Source: a bacterium (lineage in GTDB: Bacteria; UBA8248). Taken from it: a DNA stretch of 64,000 nt. How positions within the stretch are numbered: position 1 is the stretch's first letter; every line of letters starts with the position of its first letter. Of this stretch, positions 27,170 through 38,641 are shown in pieces. The translations under genes were made by a program, and so were the position numbers. The notes beneath the pieces were generated by a model. That model saw nothing but the letters and a program-made list of their open reading frames with translations, was not told where the DNA came from and did no database searches. The DNA is taken from NCBI GenBank assembly GCA_965207065.1, contig OZ242260.1, positions 1,536,001 to 1,600,000 on the forward strand, given 5' to 3'.

Positions 27170-28042
27170 CTACCGAAACAGCTCGATGTCCGCCTCCGCC
27201 TCTCCGTGGTAGACCGCCTTCACCTTCAGCAGGTCATCCAACACCAGCTTCTTGTCGCGCGGGTTTCTCAAGAGATACGCCGGGTGATACGTCGAGAGGC
27301 AGGGTATTCCCTGGTAGCGCCCGAACTTGCCCCTGAGCCTGCCGATGGGCGTCTTCGTCTGGAGCAGCCACTGCGCGGCGAATTTCCCTAACGCCAGGAT
27401 GAGCCTGGGCTGGATGACGGCGAGTTGCTTGTGGAGATACGGTTCGCAGCAGTCGATCTCGTCCGGTTCGGGGTTGCGGTTGCCGGGCGGGCGGCACTTC
27501 AGGATGTTGCAGATGTAGACCTCCTGGCGCGGGACCTCGATGACGTTTTCGATCATCTTTGTCAGCATCTGGCCCGCCCGGCCCACGAAGGGAATCCCCT
27601 CCGCGTCCTCGTTCGCTCCGGGCGCTTCGCCGACGATGACGAGGTTCGCCGCCGGGTTCCCCACGCCGAACACGAGGTTCGTCCGGCCCGCTCCCAGCTT
27701 GCACCGCAAACAACCGTCCACGGCGGCTTCGAGTTCTGCGAGCGACATCTCCGCTTGGGGGTCGAAGGGAAGCGGCGGTGGTTCGGGGCCCGGGTCTCTG
27801 CGCTTCGCCATGGGGGCCAGGGTGGGTTCGGGCGCAGGGGCGGCCTGGGGAATCAGGGCATGTTGCTCGGGTTTTGGCGCGGTTTCGGGTTCAGGCGCTC
27901 GTGCGGGCGTGGCCGCCACGGGCTGCGCCGCCTTGGGAACCGCCTCCCGCGGAGTTCCCAGGCACACGTAACCGACCCCTGCGGCGCGTTGGCTTCTCAG
28001 GTGTCCGAGTATTTCTCTGGCCAGTTCTGCGCGGTGGTTCAT
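27170..28042 (-). CDS. udg: Uracil-DNA glycosylase, family 4
   Basis: CLRCKL, VGEAPGANED, PFVGRAG, NILKCRPPGNRNP, TYHPAYLLR. Confidence 0.93.
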   Translation of the reverse strand: MNHRAELAREILGHLRSQRAAGVGYVCLGTPREAVPKAAQPVAATPARAPEPETAPKPEQHALIPQAAPAPEPTLAPMAKRRDPGPEPPPLPFDPQAEMSLAELEAAVDGCLRCKLGAGRTNLVFGVGNPAANLVIVGEAPGANEDAEGIPFVGRAGQMLTKMIENVIEVPRQEVYICNILKCRPPGNRNPEPDEIDCCEPYLHKQLAVIQPRLILALGKFAAQWLLQTKTPIGRLRGKFGRYQGIPCLSTYHPAYLLRNPRDKKLVLDDLLKVKAVYHGEAEADIELFR

Positions 28043-28076
28043 CGTCTTGGGCCGGCGGGCGCTTAGGATGTAGGAA

Positions 28077-29315
28077 TCAAGTACTGATGTTTTGCCACAT
28101 TTTGGCGAGACGGTCGAGGATGCGTCCGGCCAGAACCCCTTTTTCGAGCACCGGGAGCGCTTCGGTTTCGCTTCTGTCGATGATCCAGGCGCGCGAGGCG
28201 TCCGCGCCCATCGCGTCCTCATCACCCGAAACCCTGTTCGCCACAATGAAGTCCATTCCCTTTCTTATGAGCTTCTCCTTCGCGCGCTCTAATACCTCTT
28301 CGGTTTCAGCGGCGAAGCCGACCAGGATTCTCCCTCCCTTATCGCCTGCGAGTTCGGCGAGTATGTCCGTCGTCCGTTCGAGTTCGACAGCGAGAGGTCC
28401 GTCCCCTTTCTTGTGTTTTCGGGCCGAGGGGTCGACCGGGCGATAGTCCGCCACGGCGGCGGCCATAATGAGAGCGTTTGCAACCACCCATTCATCCTTC
28501 ACGGCTTGATACATCTCGGCGGCCGATTCCACGCGGACGACGCGCACGCCCGGCGGGTCTGCGAGTACGGCGGGTCCGCTCACGAGAACTGCGTCCGCTC
28601 CCCGCCTCGCGGCCTCTCCCGCCAGGGCGAAGCCCATCTTGCCGCTCGAGCGGTTCGAGAGATAGCGCACGGCGTCCCATCTCTCCCGCGTGGGTCCCGC
28701 CGTGACCACCACCTTCATGCCCGAAAGATCGGGATTCGGAACCAGAATCGCTCGCGCGGCCAGCAGAATCTCCCCCGGCTCGGGCATGCGCCCCCGGCCA
28801 ACGCCCTCTTCCGCGCGGGCCATGCGGCCGGCGGCCGGCTCCATGACGACGTGGCCTCTCTCGCGCAGGGCGGATACGTTCTCCTGAACGGCGGGCGAGG
28901 CCCACATGCGCGGGTTCATGGCCGGCGCGACGAGCGCGGGCGGCCTGGCGGAGAGCAGGAGCGTGGAAAGAAAATCATCCCCGACCCCTTGCGCGAACTT
29001 TCCGATGATGTTCGCCGTGGCAGGAGCGATGATGATGAGGTCCGCATGATCCGTAAGCGAAACGTGCGGCATGTCGCCCGTGGATCCGCCCCCCTCGACC
29101 GGAAACATTCTCTGGATAGGCGTCACCCCCGTGAGCACCTCGAAGGGCAGCGGCTGAACGAACGATGCGGCGCTTTCAGTCAGGACCGTCTGCACCTCGG
29201 CCCCGTCGAGGGCGAGCAGCCGCGCCAGATCGATTGATTTATACGCGGCGATGCCGCCCGATACGCCGAGGACGGTTTTCTTCCCGCTGAGGGGGGCCTG
29301 CGCCTGTTTGCTCAC
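28077..29315 (-). CDS. coaBC: Phosphopantothenoylcysteine decarboxylase/synthase
   Basis: GVSGGIAAYK, APATAN, PAMNPRM, TAGPTRE, NRSSGKMG, AAVADY, VGFAAET. Confidence 0.96.
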   Translation of the reverse strand: MSKQAQAPLSGKKTVLGVSGGIAAYKSIDLARLLALDGAEVQTVLTESAASFVQPLPFEVLTGVTPIQRMFPVEGGGSTGDMPHVSLTDHADLIIIAPATANIIGKFAQGVGDDFLSTLLLSARPPALVAPAMNPRMWASPAVQENVSALRERGHVVMEPAAGRMARAEEGVGRGRMPEPGEILLAARAILVPNPDLSGMKVVVTAGPTRERWDAVRYLSNRSSGKMGFALAGEAARRGADAVLVSGPAVLADPPGVRVVRVESAAEMYQAVKDEWVVANALIMAAAVADYRPVDPSARKHKKGDGPLAVELERTTDILAELAGDKGGRILVGFAAETEEVLERAKEKLIRKGMDFIVANRVSGDEDAMGADASRAWIIDRSETEALPVLEKGVLAGRILDRLAKMWQNIST

Positions 29316-29893
29316 GGGGAATCGACCTCCCCGCGATGGTTCAGAATAATTTTTTTGAGTTCCTGAAAAGCGACGTCCAGGTCGTCGTTGATGATGACGT
29401 GGTCGAACTGGTGGCTTTGCGCCATTTCTTCTTCGGCTCTCGAGAGCCGGAGTTCGGCGTCTTCGCCGGTTTCTGTCGCCCGTTGTTCGAGGCGCGTGGA
29501 CAGCTCGTCCAGCGAGGGCGGCATGACGAATACGAGGCTCGCCTCGGCTCGTCTCCGCTTGACCTGCAGGGCGCCCTGGACGTCCAGGTCCATGATCACG
29601 TCGTCTCCCCCGGCCAGACGCGCGTCCACCGCCTCTGCGGGCGTTCCGTAGCATTCCTCGAAAACATGCGCCCATTCGAGAAACTCGTTTCTGGCGATCA
29701 TCTCGTCGAACCGCGGGCGTTCCATGAAATAATAATGAACCCCGTCCTCCTCGTACTCGCGCCTTGGCCGCGTCGTCGCGCTAATCGAGTGCCAGATGTT
29801 GGGGAGTTCCCGGCATGAACGGTCGATGAGCGTGGATTTGCCCGCCCCCGAGGGAGCGGAAATAACGAAGAGGCGGCCCCTGCTTTGCATCAT
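29312..29893 (-). CDS. gmk: Guanylate kinase
   Basis: SAPSGAGKST, SATTRPRR, DGVHYYF, DLDVQGA. Confidence 0.97.
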   Translation of the reverse strand: MMQSRGRLFVISAPSGAGKSTLIDRSCRELPNIWHSISATTRPRREYEEDGVHYYFMERPRFDEMIARNEFLEWAHVFEECYGTPAEAVDARLAGGDDVIMDLDVQGALQVKRRRAEASLVFVMPPSLDELSTRLEQRATETGEDAELRLSRAEEEMAQSHQFDHVIINDDLDVAFQELKKIILNHRGEVDSP

Positions 29894-30762
29894 TCCACGT
29901 TCTGTACTTGTTCGCGGATTTTCTCGATGGCGCTCTTCACATCGACCGCGCTCTGGGTGAGGACGAGATCGATGGATTTGGACGAGATCGTGTTGGCCTC
30001 GCGGTTCATCTCCTGGGTGAGGAAATCGAGCTTCCGGCCGATGGGGCCTTCGCCCTCAAGCATCTCGCGAAACTGGACGACGTGGCTGTCGAGACGGCTG
30101 AGCTCCTCGCTGATGTCCCCGCGCTCTGCGGCGTAGATCATCTCCTGTTCCAGGCGCCCCTCGTCCATATCGACGCCTTGGGCGATTTCGAGAATCCGCT
30201 CGCGCATCCGCTCGGTGAGCAGCCTGCGCGCCTCGGGCAGGCGTTCGCGTATCTCGCCGCAACCCTTCTCCACGGTGTCGAGATGCTCACAGATGTCTTT
30301 CGATAGCGCGCCGCCCTCTTTCTCGCGCATCTCTCCCAGGGCGCCCAGCGCATCGCCGAGAGATTCCATCAGGACGCCCCGAATCTCGTCCTTCTCGGGT
30401 TCCGGCTCGGCGCTCTTGAGCAGGTCTCTGAAGCCGGTGAGTATCGAGAGGTCGATCTCGCCCGCGATTCCCAGTTCATTTTTCAGGGATTTCAGGGTGG
30501 TGAGCAGGGATTTCGCGGCATCGGCGTCGATGGGCGATGCGTGGTTCCCCTCCTCTCCCGAGCGGATATAGATGTCGAAGCGTCCCCGGGAGAAGCGCTT
30601 TTTCACCGCCTCGCGCACCTCATTCTCCAGGGCGAGCGACCAGCGCGGCCCCCGGCAGGAAACCTCCAGGTAGCGGTGGTTCACCGAGCGCGCCTCCACG
30701 CTGACCGAAGCCTCGCCCAGCGGCCGCTCTCCCGCACCGTAACCCGTCATACTGTCTATCAT
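29890..30762 (-). CDS. yicC: YicC/YloC family endoribonuclease
   Basis: SMTGYG, SVNHRYL, DISEELSRL, GRKLDFLTQEMNREANT, EKIREQVQNVE. Confidence 0.96.
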   Translation of the reverse strand: MIDSMTGYGAGERPLGEASVSVEARSVNHRYLEVSCRGPRWSLALENEVREAVKKRFSRGRFDIYIRSGEEGNHASPIDADAAKSLLTTLKSLKNELGIAGEIDLSILTGFRDLLKSAEPEPEKDEIRGVLMESLGDALGALGEMREKEGGALSKDICEHLDTVEKGCGEIRERLPEARRLLTERMRERILEIAQGVDMDEGRLEQEMIYAAERGDISEELSRLDSHVVQFREMLEGEGPIGRKLDFLTQEMNREANTISSKSIDLVLTQSAVDVKSAIEKIREQVQNVE

Positions 30763-30877
30763 GTTCCGCCCCGTGATGTGTTGTTAACAGCTAACCTGAA
30801 AGAGTCTACAATAATTTTCCGCTCGGGGCGTGTCAATTTACGCGCTTCGAGAAGATGTCCTTGGTTTGGGGTGAATT

Positions 30878-32641
30878 ATGGATACTTTCGTGCTTCAGGC
30901 GATTTCAGCGGAGTTGAGCGAGAACCTTCTGGGCGCGCGCCTGGAGAGAATCTCCCAGACCGACACGCACACGATCGTCCTCTATATCTCGGGCGCGAGA
31001 AGAGATAAACGCGCCCTTCTGATAAGCACGGACCCCGCGAACCCGCGCGTTCACCTGACGACGGACCCTCCCCCGAGCCTGCCGGAGGCGCCCACCTTTT
31101 GCCGCGCGCTCAGAAAACACTTGAGCGGCCATCGCCTCACCCGCGTGGCGGCCGGAGAGTGGGAACGCGTGCTCCAGTTCTCCTTCGAGCGGGGGGGCGG
31201 CGATTCCTTCGCGCTCATGGCGGAGGTGATGGGACGCTGGAGCAACCTCGTGCTCTTAAGCGGCGCGACGGGCGAAATCTTGGAGGCCAGGAGATTCGTT
31301 CCGCCCGGCCCACACACCCCGCGTCCTCTGGAGAGAGGGGGCAGGTATCAACTGCCGCCCGAGCAGAAAAAGCAGAATCCGGGCGCGCTCACGAGAGAAG
31401 CGCTTTTGGAGATGATTCGCGAGGCGAACCTTGGCTCCGCAAGTCGCGAGGATTTCGCGCGCTGGCTGGTTCGATCTGTGGCGGGCGTGAGTCCGGTACT
31501 GGCGCGCGAGCTTGCTCTTGCCTCCGGCGACGGGGAAGGCTGGGCGGGTGCTGCGGACGCGCTGATGGGGGTGATCGAGAGCTACCAAAACAAGGAATTC
31601 GCCCCCGCATGGATTCTGGGTGCGCATGGCGAACCTGCGGGGCTGAGCGCGGCCCGAATCGGGGGCGGCGATGCGGCCAAGTACCGCGCGTTCGGTTCCA
31701 TGAACGAGGCGGCGGATGCGTTTTATGGACGGCTCGTGAGAGATTCCCGGCTTGATGAGCGGAAAAAAGTGGTCTCCAGAATGCTCCGCCGCGCGGGGAA
31801 TCGTGTGCGCTCCTCCATCGAGGGGGTGCGGAGGGATCTGGCCTCCGCCGGGGAGGCGGACGCGGTATTGAGGAAAGGCGAGTTGCTGCTCGCGCATCTG
31901 GACGTGGTGGAGGCGAAGGCGAGCTTCGTTTCGGTTCCTGCGGAGGACGGACCGCTCGAAATCGCGCTCGACCCCAGGTTCACGCCCTCGGAGAACGCGC
32001 AGAAGTATTTCCGCCGCTACAAGAAGCTCAAGCGCCGCGCCTCTACCGGGCTGGTGCGTCTCCAGGAGATGGAAGAAGAGGAGCGATACATCGGCGCCCT
32101 GGCTTTCGATCTCGAAACGGCGGATGCGGTCGAAGACGTCTTGAGCGTGGAAGAAGCGCTGGCCCAGTCGGGTTACGCAGGGCGTGGAGGCCGGAAGAAA
32201 GAGAAAGACGCGCGCCCCAAGGGTAGGCAGGCGGCGCGCGCGAAACCCTACAGGCGGTTCGTCTCCCCCGAGGGCTGGGAGGTCATCGTCGGCAAGAACG
32301 CCATGGGCAACGACGAGATATTGAGAAGCGTGGGCCGGGCGAGCGATACCTGGCTTCACGCGCGCGGGGTTCCGGGCAGCCACGTGCTCTTGCGACGTAC
32401 GGGCGATGGACCGCCCCTGGAGCCCGACGCGGAATCTCTCGCCCAGGCGGCGGCGATCGCGGCCTATTTCAGCCGGGGACGGACGGATTCCAAGCTCACC
32501 GTCGCCTATCTTCCCTTCTCGCGCTTGAGGAAGCCCAAGGGGCGGCGCCCCGGCCAGGTGCTGATCGGCGCGCACGAAACTGTCCTCGTCGACCCGGATG
32601 TCGGGAAGCGGCTCAGCGAGGATTGGGAGGAGGTTTTGTGA
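30878..32641 (+). CDS. rqcH: NFACT family ribosome quality control protein (RqcH/FbpA)
   Basis: FCRALRKHL, EVMGRWSNLVL, ENAQKYFRRYKK, VGKNAMGND, WLHARGVPGSHV. Confidence 0.9.
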   Translation: MDTFVLQAISAELSENLLGARLERISQTDTHTIVLYISGARRDKRALLISTDPANPRVHLTTDPPPSLPEAPTFCRALRKHLSGHRLTRVAAGEWERVLQFSFERGGGDSFALMAEVMGRWSNLVLLSGATGEILEARRFVPPGPHTPRPLERGGRYQLPPEQKKQNPGALTREALLEMIREANLGSASREDFARWLVRSVAGVSPVLARELALASGDGEGWAGAADALMGVIESYQNKEFAPAWILGAHGEPAGLSAARIGGGDAAKYRAFGSMNEAADAFYGRLVRDSRLDERKKVVSRMLRRAGNRVRSSIEGVRRDLASAGEADAVLRKGELLLAHLDVVEAKASFVSVPAEDGPLEIALDPRFTPSENAQKYFRRYKKLKRRASTGLVRLQEMEEEERYIGALAFDLETADAVEDVLSVEEALAQSGYAGRGGRKKEKDARPKGRQAARAKPYRRFVSPEGWEVIVGKNAMGNDEILRSVGRASDTWLHARGVPGSHVLLRRTGDGPPLEPDAESLAQAAAIAAYFSRGRTDSKLTVAYLPFSRLRKPKGRRPGQVLIGAHETVLVDPDVGKRLSEDWEEVL

Positions 32642-32651
32642 TATCAATCGC

Positions 32652-32722
32652 GACTGATGAAGGAGCGATTGACAAGACTGATGAAGGAGCGATTGACAAG
32701 ACTGATGAAGGAGCGATTGACA
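32652..32722. repeat. 24-bp tandem repeat x3
   Basis: GACTGATGAAGGAGCGATTGACAA three times (last copy 23 bp). Confidence 0.97.
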
Positions 32723-32749
32723 CCCTCATCACGGTAGAGACCAGAGAGT

Positions 32750-32819
32750 GTAGGGGACGCATATATGCGTCCCTGCTTTTTCGCCGACATAATGCGGGTC
32801 GCATGTATGCGACCCCTAC
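32750..32819. repeat. GTAG-type REP doublet
   Basis: GTAGGGGACGCATATATGCGTCCC ... GGGTCGCATGTATGCGACCCCTAC. Confidence 0.75.
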
Positions 32820-32917
32820 AAGACAGGTAGGCAGGTGTTTACATATCTTGAAGGTCGGGCCTCTCCTTCGAGGAAGCCGATGACGAGCTAAAAAATCCCA
32901 CGCATTCAGTCTCCCCC

Positions 32918-33337
32918 CTACTCCCCCTCCAGAATCCGCTTCAGATTCGCCAGTTCGCGTATGTTCCTGAGCGTGCCGTCGCGGTGTTTGGCCTGGTTCT
33001 CGTATTCGTCGCACTCGACGGTGTGGAGGATGTGGGTGTAGGGGCCTTCTTCCTCGAAGTAGTAGCTGATGATCATGACGGGTGTTTTCGAGTCGCCCTC
33101 GAAGTTGTGCCAGACGATCTTTTTGCCCGGCTCCCAGACCATCATCTCAGAAACGTGCTCGGACCCGCTCGTGTAGACCTGGTGAAAGCGCATACCCACC
33201 CCGCTTTTCTTCTCGGAAATGATTTTGACGCTCTGGCTGAAGTCCGCGATTTGCGGGTGCGTTTCCACATGGCCGATGAAGTTGAACACCTCTTCGGCGG
33301 AGGCCTGTATTTTCTCGATGACAGCCACGGGAGGCAT
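32918..33337 (-). CDS. SRPBCC family protein
   Basis: IQASAEEVFNFI...GVGMRF...WEPGKKIVW...ELANLKRILE. Confidence 0.8.
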   Translation of the reverse strand: MPPVAVIEKIQASAEEVFNFIGHVETHPQIADFSQSVKIISEKKSGVGMRFHQVYTSGSEHVSEMMVWEPGKKIVWHNFEGDSKTPVMIISYYFEEEGPYTHILHTVECDEYENQAKHRDGTLRNIRELANLKRILEGE

Positions 33338-33349
33338 GCGTGTTCTCCT

Positions 33350-34513
33350 TTATAAGAATTTCGCCAGCACCTGGTTGGCGAGAAGGGTTCCCTTATCCGA
33401 CAGGCGAAGCCGGCCGTTCTCCCTGGCCAGGAGGCCGGAAGTCTCCAGTTCACGGAACAGTTCCCCGAACGCATCTTCGGGATCCGCGCCGCATTCTCGC
33501 GCGATGCGCATAAGCGAGACGCCCTCTTTCACCCGCAGGCCGAGCATCAGGGCCTCGCCGAGCGCTTTTTCAGGCTCATCCACGCGCTCTTTGCCGGCTG
33601 TGGGGTCGCTCGCGTTCTTCGCATATACGTCCGGCCGGGCGTGGTTCCAGAAGCGCTCCCCCTCCACCAGGGAATGCGCGCCCGCGCCCAGGCCGAGGTA
33701 ATCCCCCCTGCGCCAGTAGTTCAGGTTGTGCCGGCACGCGAAGCCGGGTTTTGCGAAGTTGCTGATCTCATAGCGCTCATAGCCTGCGGCGGACAGGGCC
33801 GAATCCCTGAGCTCCCACATGCGAAGCGCCGTATCCTCATCGGGGAGGCCGCTTAGTTCTCCCCGCGCCTGCTGCGCATGAAACGCCGTGCCCGGTTCGA
33901 TGGTCAGCTCATACGCGGAGAGGTGCTCGGGCCCCAGATCGAGGGCGCGCTCGATGTCGCGCGCGGCCATGTCTATCGTCTGAAACGGAATTCCGAACAT
34001 GAGGTCGAGCGAGACGTTGGTGAAGCCCGCCTCGCGAGCGGAGCGGAATGCGCGCTCAGCGTCATCGCCCGTATGGACCCGGTCGAGCCTCCCCAGCGCC
34101 TCGTCATCGAACGTCTGCACGCCGATGCTGATCCGGTTGACGCCGGCTTCTCTCAGCGCGCCGAAGCGCTCGGCCTCCGCCGCGCCCGGGTTCGCCTCGA
34201 GCGTGATCTCGCAATCAGGCGCGAGGTCGAACGATGCGGTGATGAAGTCCAGAACGCGCCTCGTTTCTTCCGCCGGGAAGAGCGAGGGCGTGCCCCCGCC
34301 GAAGAATATCGTGCCGACTTCCCGGCCATTCAGCGAGAACTGCTCCGCCCTGCTTTTCGTTTCCGCCATCAGCGCATCCCCGTAGCGGCGCGCCCAGTCC
34401 TCGCCCGCGTGGCCTTTTTCCAGGAGCGTATCCAGTGCGTAGGAGTTGAAATCGCAATACCCGCACTTGACGATGCAGAACGGAATATGGACGTAGAGCG
34501 ATAGCGGTTTCAT
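33350..34513 (-). CDS. hemW: Radical SAM heme chaperone HemW
   Basis: YVHIPFCIVKCGYCDF, FFGGGTPS, YEISNFA, HNLNYW. Confidence 0.93.
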   Translation of the reverse strand: MKPLSLYVHIPFCIVKCGYCDFNSYALDTLLEKGHAGEDWARRYGDALMAETKSRAEQFSLNGREVGTIFFGGGTPSLFPAEETRRVLDFITASFDLAPDCEITLEANPGAAEAERFGALREAGVNRISIGVQTFDDEALGRLDRVHTGDDAERAFRSAREAGFTNVSLDLMFGIPFQTIDMAARDIERALDLGPEHLSAYELTIEPGTAFHAQQARGELSGLPDEDTALRMWELRDSALSAAGYERYEISNFAKPGFACRHNLNYWRRGDYLGLGAGAHSLVEGERFWNHARPDVYAKNASDPTAGKERVDEPEKALGEALMLGLRVKEGVSLMRIARECGADPEDAFGELFRELETSGLLARENGRLRLSDKGTLLANQVLAKFL

Positions 34514-34609
34514 GTCGTGGTCTTCTTGTCGGTGAAATTAGCAGCACCAAATCCATTTGGGATATGATACCCTTCCTTTCCATCAATTGGGAGATCAGGG
34601 GGAGCAGAG

Positions 34610-36172
<1,563 letters not shown>

Positions 36173-36206
36173 ATCGTTACTTGGGACATGAGGCGCAAGG
36201 AGAGAT

Positions 36207-36941
36207 TTGATGGACAGAGCGATTTGGGCGACGTGGTACGACCTGCCCGCCGAGGGGGCGAACGAGTACATCGCATGGCTGCACGAAGTGCATCTGCCCG
36301 AGATGCTGGAGCGATCCGGCTACCTCTGGGCGGCGCACGTGGACAACGACAAGAGCGAGGAGCGCAGGCAAAACGTGAACCGGCGCCTCACGCACACCGA
36401 CGACCCCTCCGTGCCCACGGGCAACGGGTATCTCATGCTCTTCGGCGCCGAGAGCGTCCACACGTTCCTGAATCCCTCTCCTGCGCAGTTGGCCGAAAAA
36501 TGGGGGCCGGATGAGCGCGAGATGCTGGGGATGCGCGCAGGCGTGCGCGAGTGCGTTTTCGTGGAGACGGGCCGGATCGACGGTCCCGAGATAGCGCAGC
36601 GCGCCCCGGGCATCACGCCGGGCCCCAGGGTCCAGATGGGGAGCTTCAACAGCAACGCGCTCGAGAACGAGGAGGGCATGGGCGCGTGGTACGTGCAGCT
36701 TCGCTTTCCGCGCATGCAGACCCTGGAGGGCTGCGTGGGCATGCGCAAGCTGGTTTCCGTTAGCGGGTGGGCCAAGCACGCCGTGCTCTATGAGTTCGAC
36801 CTGAACACATCCGTCGAGCATTATTTCCAGAAAGAACTCGAGAGCGAGGACTGGTCGCGCGAGATGGTGGGCAGCCTCGTTCACGCGCCCGGCTCCCCGA
36901 GCACCGGAAAGCGCATCTGGCCGCCGGTCGATTCGCCTTGA
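36207..36941 (+). CDS. Hypothetical protein (two EthD-like alpha/beta barrel repeats)
   Basis: EYIAWLHEVHLPEML and WYVQLRFPRMQTLEG repeats. Confidence 0.6.
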   Translation: MMDRAIWATWYDLPAEGANEYIAWLHEVHLPEMLERSGYLWAAHVDNDKSEERRQNVNRRLTHTDDPSVPTGNGYLMLFGAESVHTFLNPSPAQLAEKWGPDEREMLGMRAGVRECVFVETGRIDGPEIAQRAPGITPGPRVQMGSFNSNALENEEGMGAWYVQLRFPRMQTLEGCVGMRKLVSVSGWAKHAVLYEFDLNTSVEHYFQKELESEDWSREMVGSLVHAPGSPSTGKRIWPPVDSP

Positions 36942-37019
36942 GGGCGCAACCGCCTTCCTCGCCCTGTGTCGTCCTGGAGCTCCCCCTTTTCCCACATCCC
37001 GGGTAAACGCTCCGCTCGA

Positions 37020-37350
37020 CTGGAAAACCAACCCCCCCTACCCCCCTTGTCAGGGGTCAAACGCGAGTGAGGAACGAGCGTTTGCATAAGCCATTCACGA
37101 GAAACACATCGGCTCGCAAAACCTCCCTCTTCGGTCGGTTTTGACCCTGACTAGGGGGGGTAGGGGGGGTTGCTCTCTCGACAATGGCTTTTTCAATACC
37201 TCCTTCAAGAGGGGAGTGATTCTCGCTTTTGCTCGCATTGCCGCCAGGTTTTCCAAGGAGGATCGATCCGATCCGCTAGGGGTTTTTCAACAGCCCTCCT
37301 CGGTCGGGTTTCAAATTCACTCCTCCCTTGAGGGGGCTGTTGAAAAAGCC
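37020..37350. repeat. Cluster of MITE-like palindromes/TIR copies
   Basis: CCCCCCTACCCCCTTGTCAGGGG and an inverted copy; TTTTTCAACAGCCC and GGGGCTGTTGAAAAAGCC. Confidence 0.7.
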
Positions 37351-37378
37351 GTATGGGCAGTCTGTAAGTAGATGGCTT

Positions 37379-37498
37379 GTAGGGACAGGCCCCCGTGCCT
37401 GTCCGAGGTCAATTCGTTGCCACCGCGCTTATCCCTGCAAAGCGCAACCACGGGGATGGATAGATCTGATACGGGCGGCCACAGGGGGCCGCCCCTAC
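37379..37498. repeat. GTAG-type REP doublet (REPIN-like)
   Basis: GTAGGGACAGGCCCCCGTGCCTGTCC ... GGGCGGCCACAGGGGGCCGCCCCTAC; near-identical ends at 47400-47489. Confidence 0.8.
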
Positions 37499-37625
37499 GG
37501 GTGAATGCGGTTATTGGTCGTCATACCGGTGTCGGAGCTGATTGAGGAATGAGGTCAAACCCGACCGATGAGGGAGAGTTCGCCGGGGCCTCGCGCGAGG
37601 CCCCGGCGGTTTTTCTTGGTGAGGC

Positions 37626-38615
37626 CTATTTCTTCTTCACGCCGATGCTGGCGAAAATCTTCCCGAAACGATTATATTCATCCGCGAGGTCTTTTTTGAG
37701 CGCCTCGCCGTAGAGCGGCGTAGGCACTTCGCCCATTTTGCTGATGAGCCTGCGGTAGGACTTGTTCTTCAGCAGCTTTTTGAAGCCTTCCACGAGAAAA
37801 TCGACGCGGTCCTGCGGGAGACCCTTGGGCCCGATGTAGAAGCGCTTCGAAGCCAGTATGAAGTCCACCCCGTTTTCCTTCATGGTCGGAACCTTGGGGA
37901 ACAGTGGCACACGCTTCTCCGAGCAGACGCCCAGGATGTTCAACTGCCCGCGCTTGTAGCGTCCCAGCGTGCCGCCCGTTGCGGGAAGCGCGCCCGCGCT
38001 GTCCACGTGGCCGCCGAGCATGGCGCGGAAGGCGGGGCCGCCGCCCTTGAAGGGAATGTGGTTCAGCTTGATGCCCGTGTCGGCCATGATCTTGAGGATC
38101 ATCAGATGCCCCGTGCCGTAAACCCCCGAGGAGCCGTAGCTCACTTTCCCCGGGTTTTTCTTGGCCGCCGCTTCGAATTCCTTGAAATTCTTCCAGGGCT
38201 TCGACGCCGGGGAGACCATCATGTAGTCCGCCTTGTTGATCATGAAAATGGGCACGAAGTCCTTGAGCGGGTGGTAGCCCATGTTGCGCACGTGCGGGCC
38301 GATGGTGAGGTGGGAAGCGGAGGCCAGCATGATGGTGTGGCCGTCGGGCTTCGCGCGCTTGAGCGCCGTCATCCCGATCTTGCCGCCGCCGCCCGGCATG
38401 AGCTGCACGATCATCGGCTGGCCGAAATAGTCGTTGGCCACGCTCGCCACGGCGCGGGAGTTCATGTCGTGCGAGCCGCCCGCGCCCAGGGCCACGATAA
38501 CGCGGATGGGCTTCCACGGAAACTTTCTGGCGGCGTCGGCGGGCGTCGCGCTCGTGAGGAAAACGAGTGCGAGCGCAAGCGCGAGTCCTGCCGGTAGCAT
38601 TTTCGTGATTTTCAT
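37626..38615 (-). CDS. tctC: Tripartite tricarboxylate transporter substrate-binding protein (Bug)
   Basis: FPWKPIRVIV..GAGG, PGGGGKIG, KPDGHT, HIPFKGGG, VPTMKE. Confidence 0.92.
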   Translation of the reverse strand: MKITKMLPAGLALALALVFLTSATPADAARKFPWKPIRVIVALGAGGSHDMNSRAVASVANDYFGQPMIVQLMPGGGGKIGMTALKRAKPDGHTIMLASASHLTIGPHVRNMGYHPLKDFVPIFMINKADYMMVSPASKPWKNFKEFEAAAKKNPGKVSYGSSGVYGTGHLMILKIMADTGIKLNHIPFKGGGPAFRAMLGGHVDSAGALPATGGTLGRYKRGQLNILGVCSEKRVPLFPKVPTMKENGVDFILASKRFYIGPKGLPQDRVDFLVEGFKKLLKNKSYRRLISKMGEVPTPLYGEALKKDLADEYNRFGKIFASIGVKKK

Positions 38616-38641
38616 GTCCGGTCTCCTTTTGGGGTAGGCAT

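Noticed and set aside
26876-27391. ORFs spanning the palindromic repeats
   Set aside because: They are translations of MITE/REP sequence (PPYPPLSGG).
32652-32722. Possible mini-CRISPR array
   Set aside because: The units are contiguous with no spacers, and no cas genes are present.
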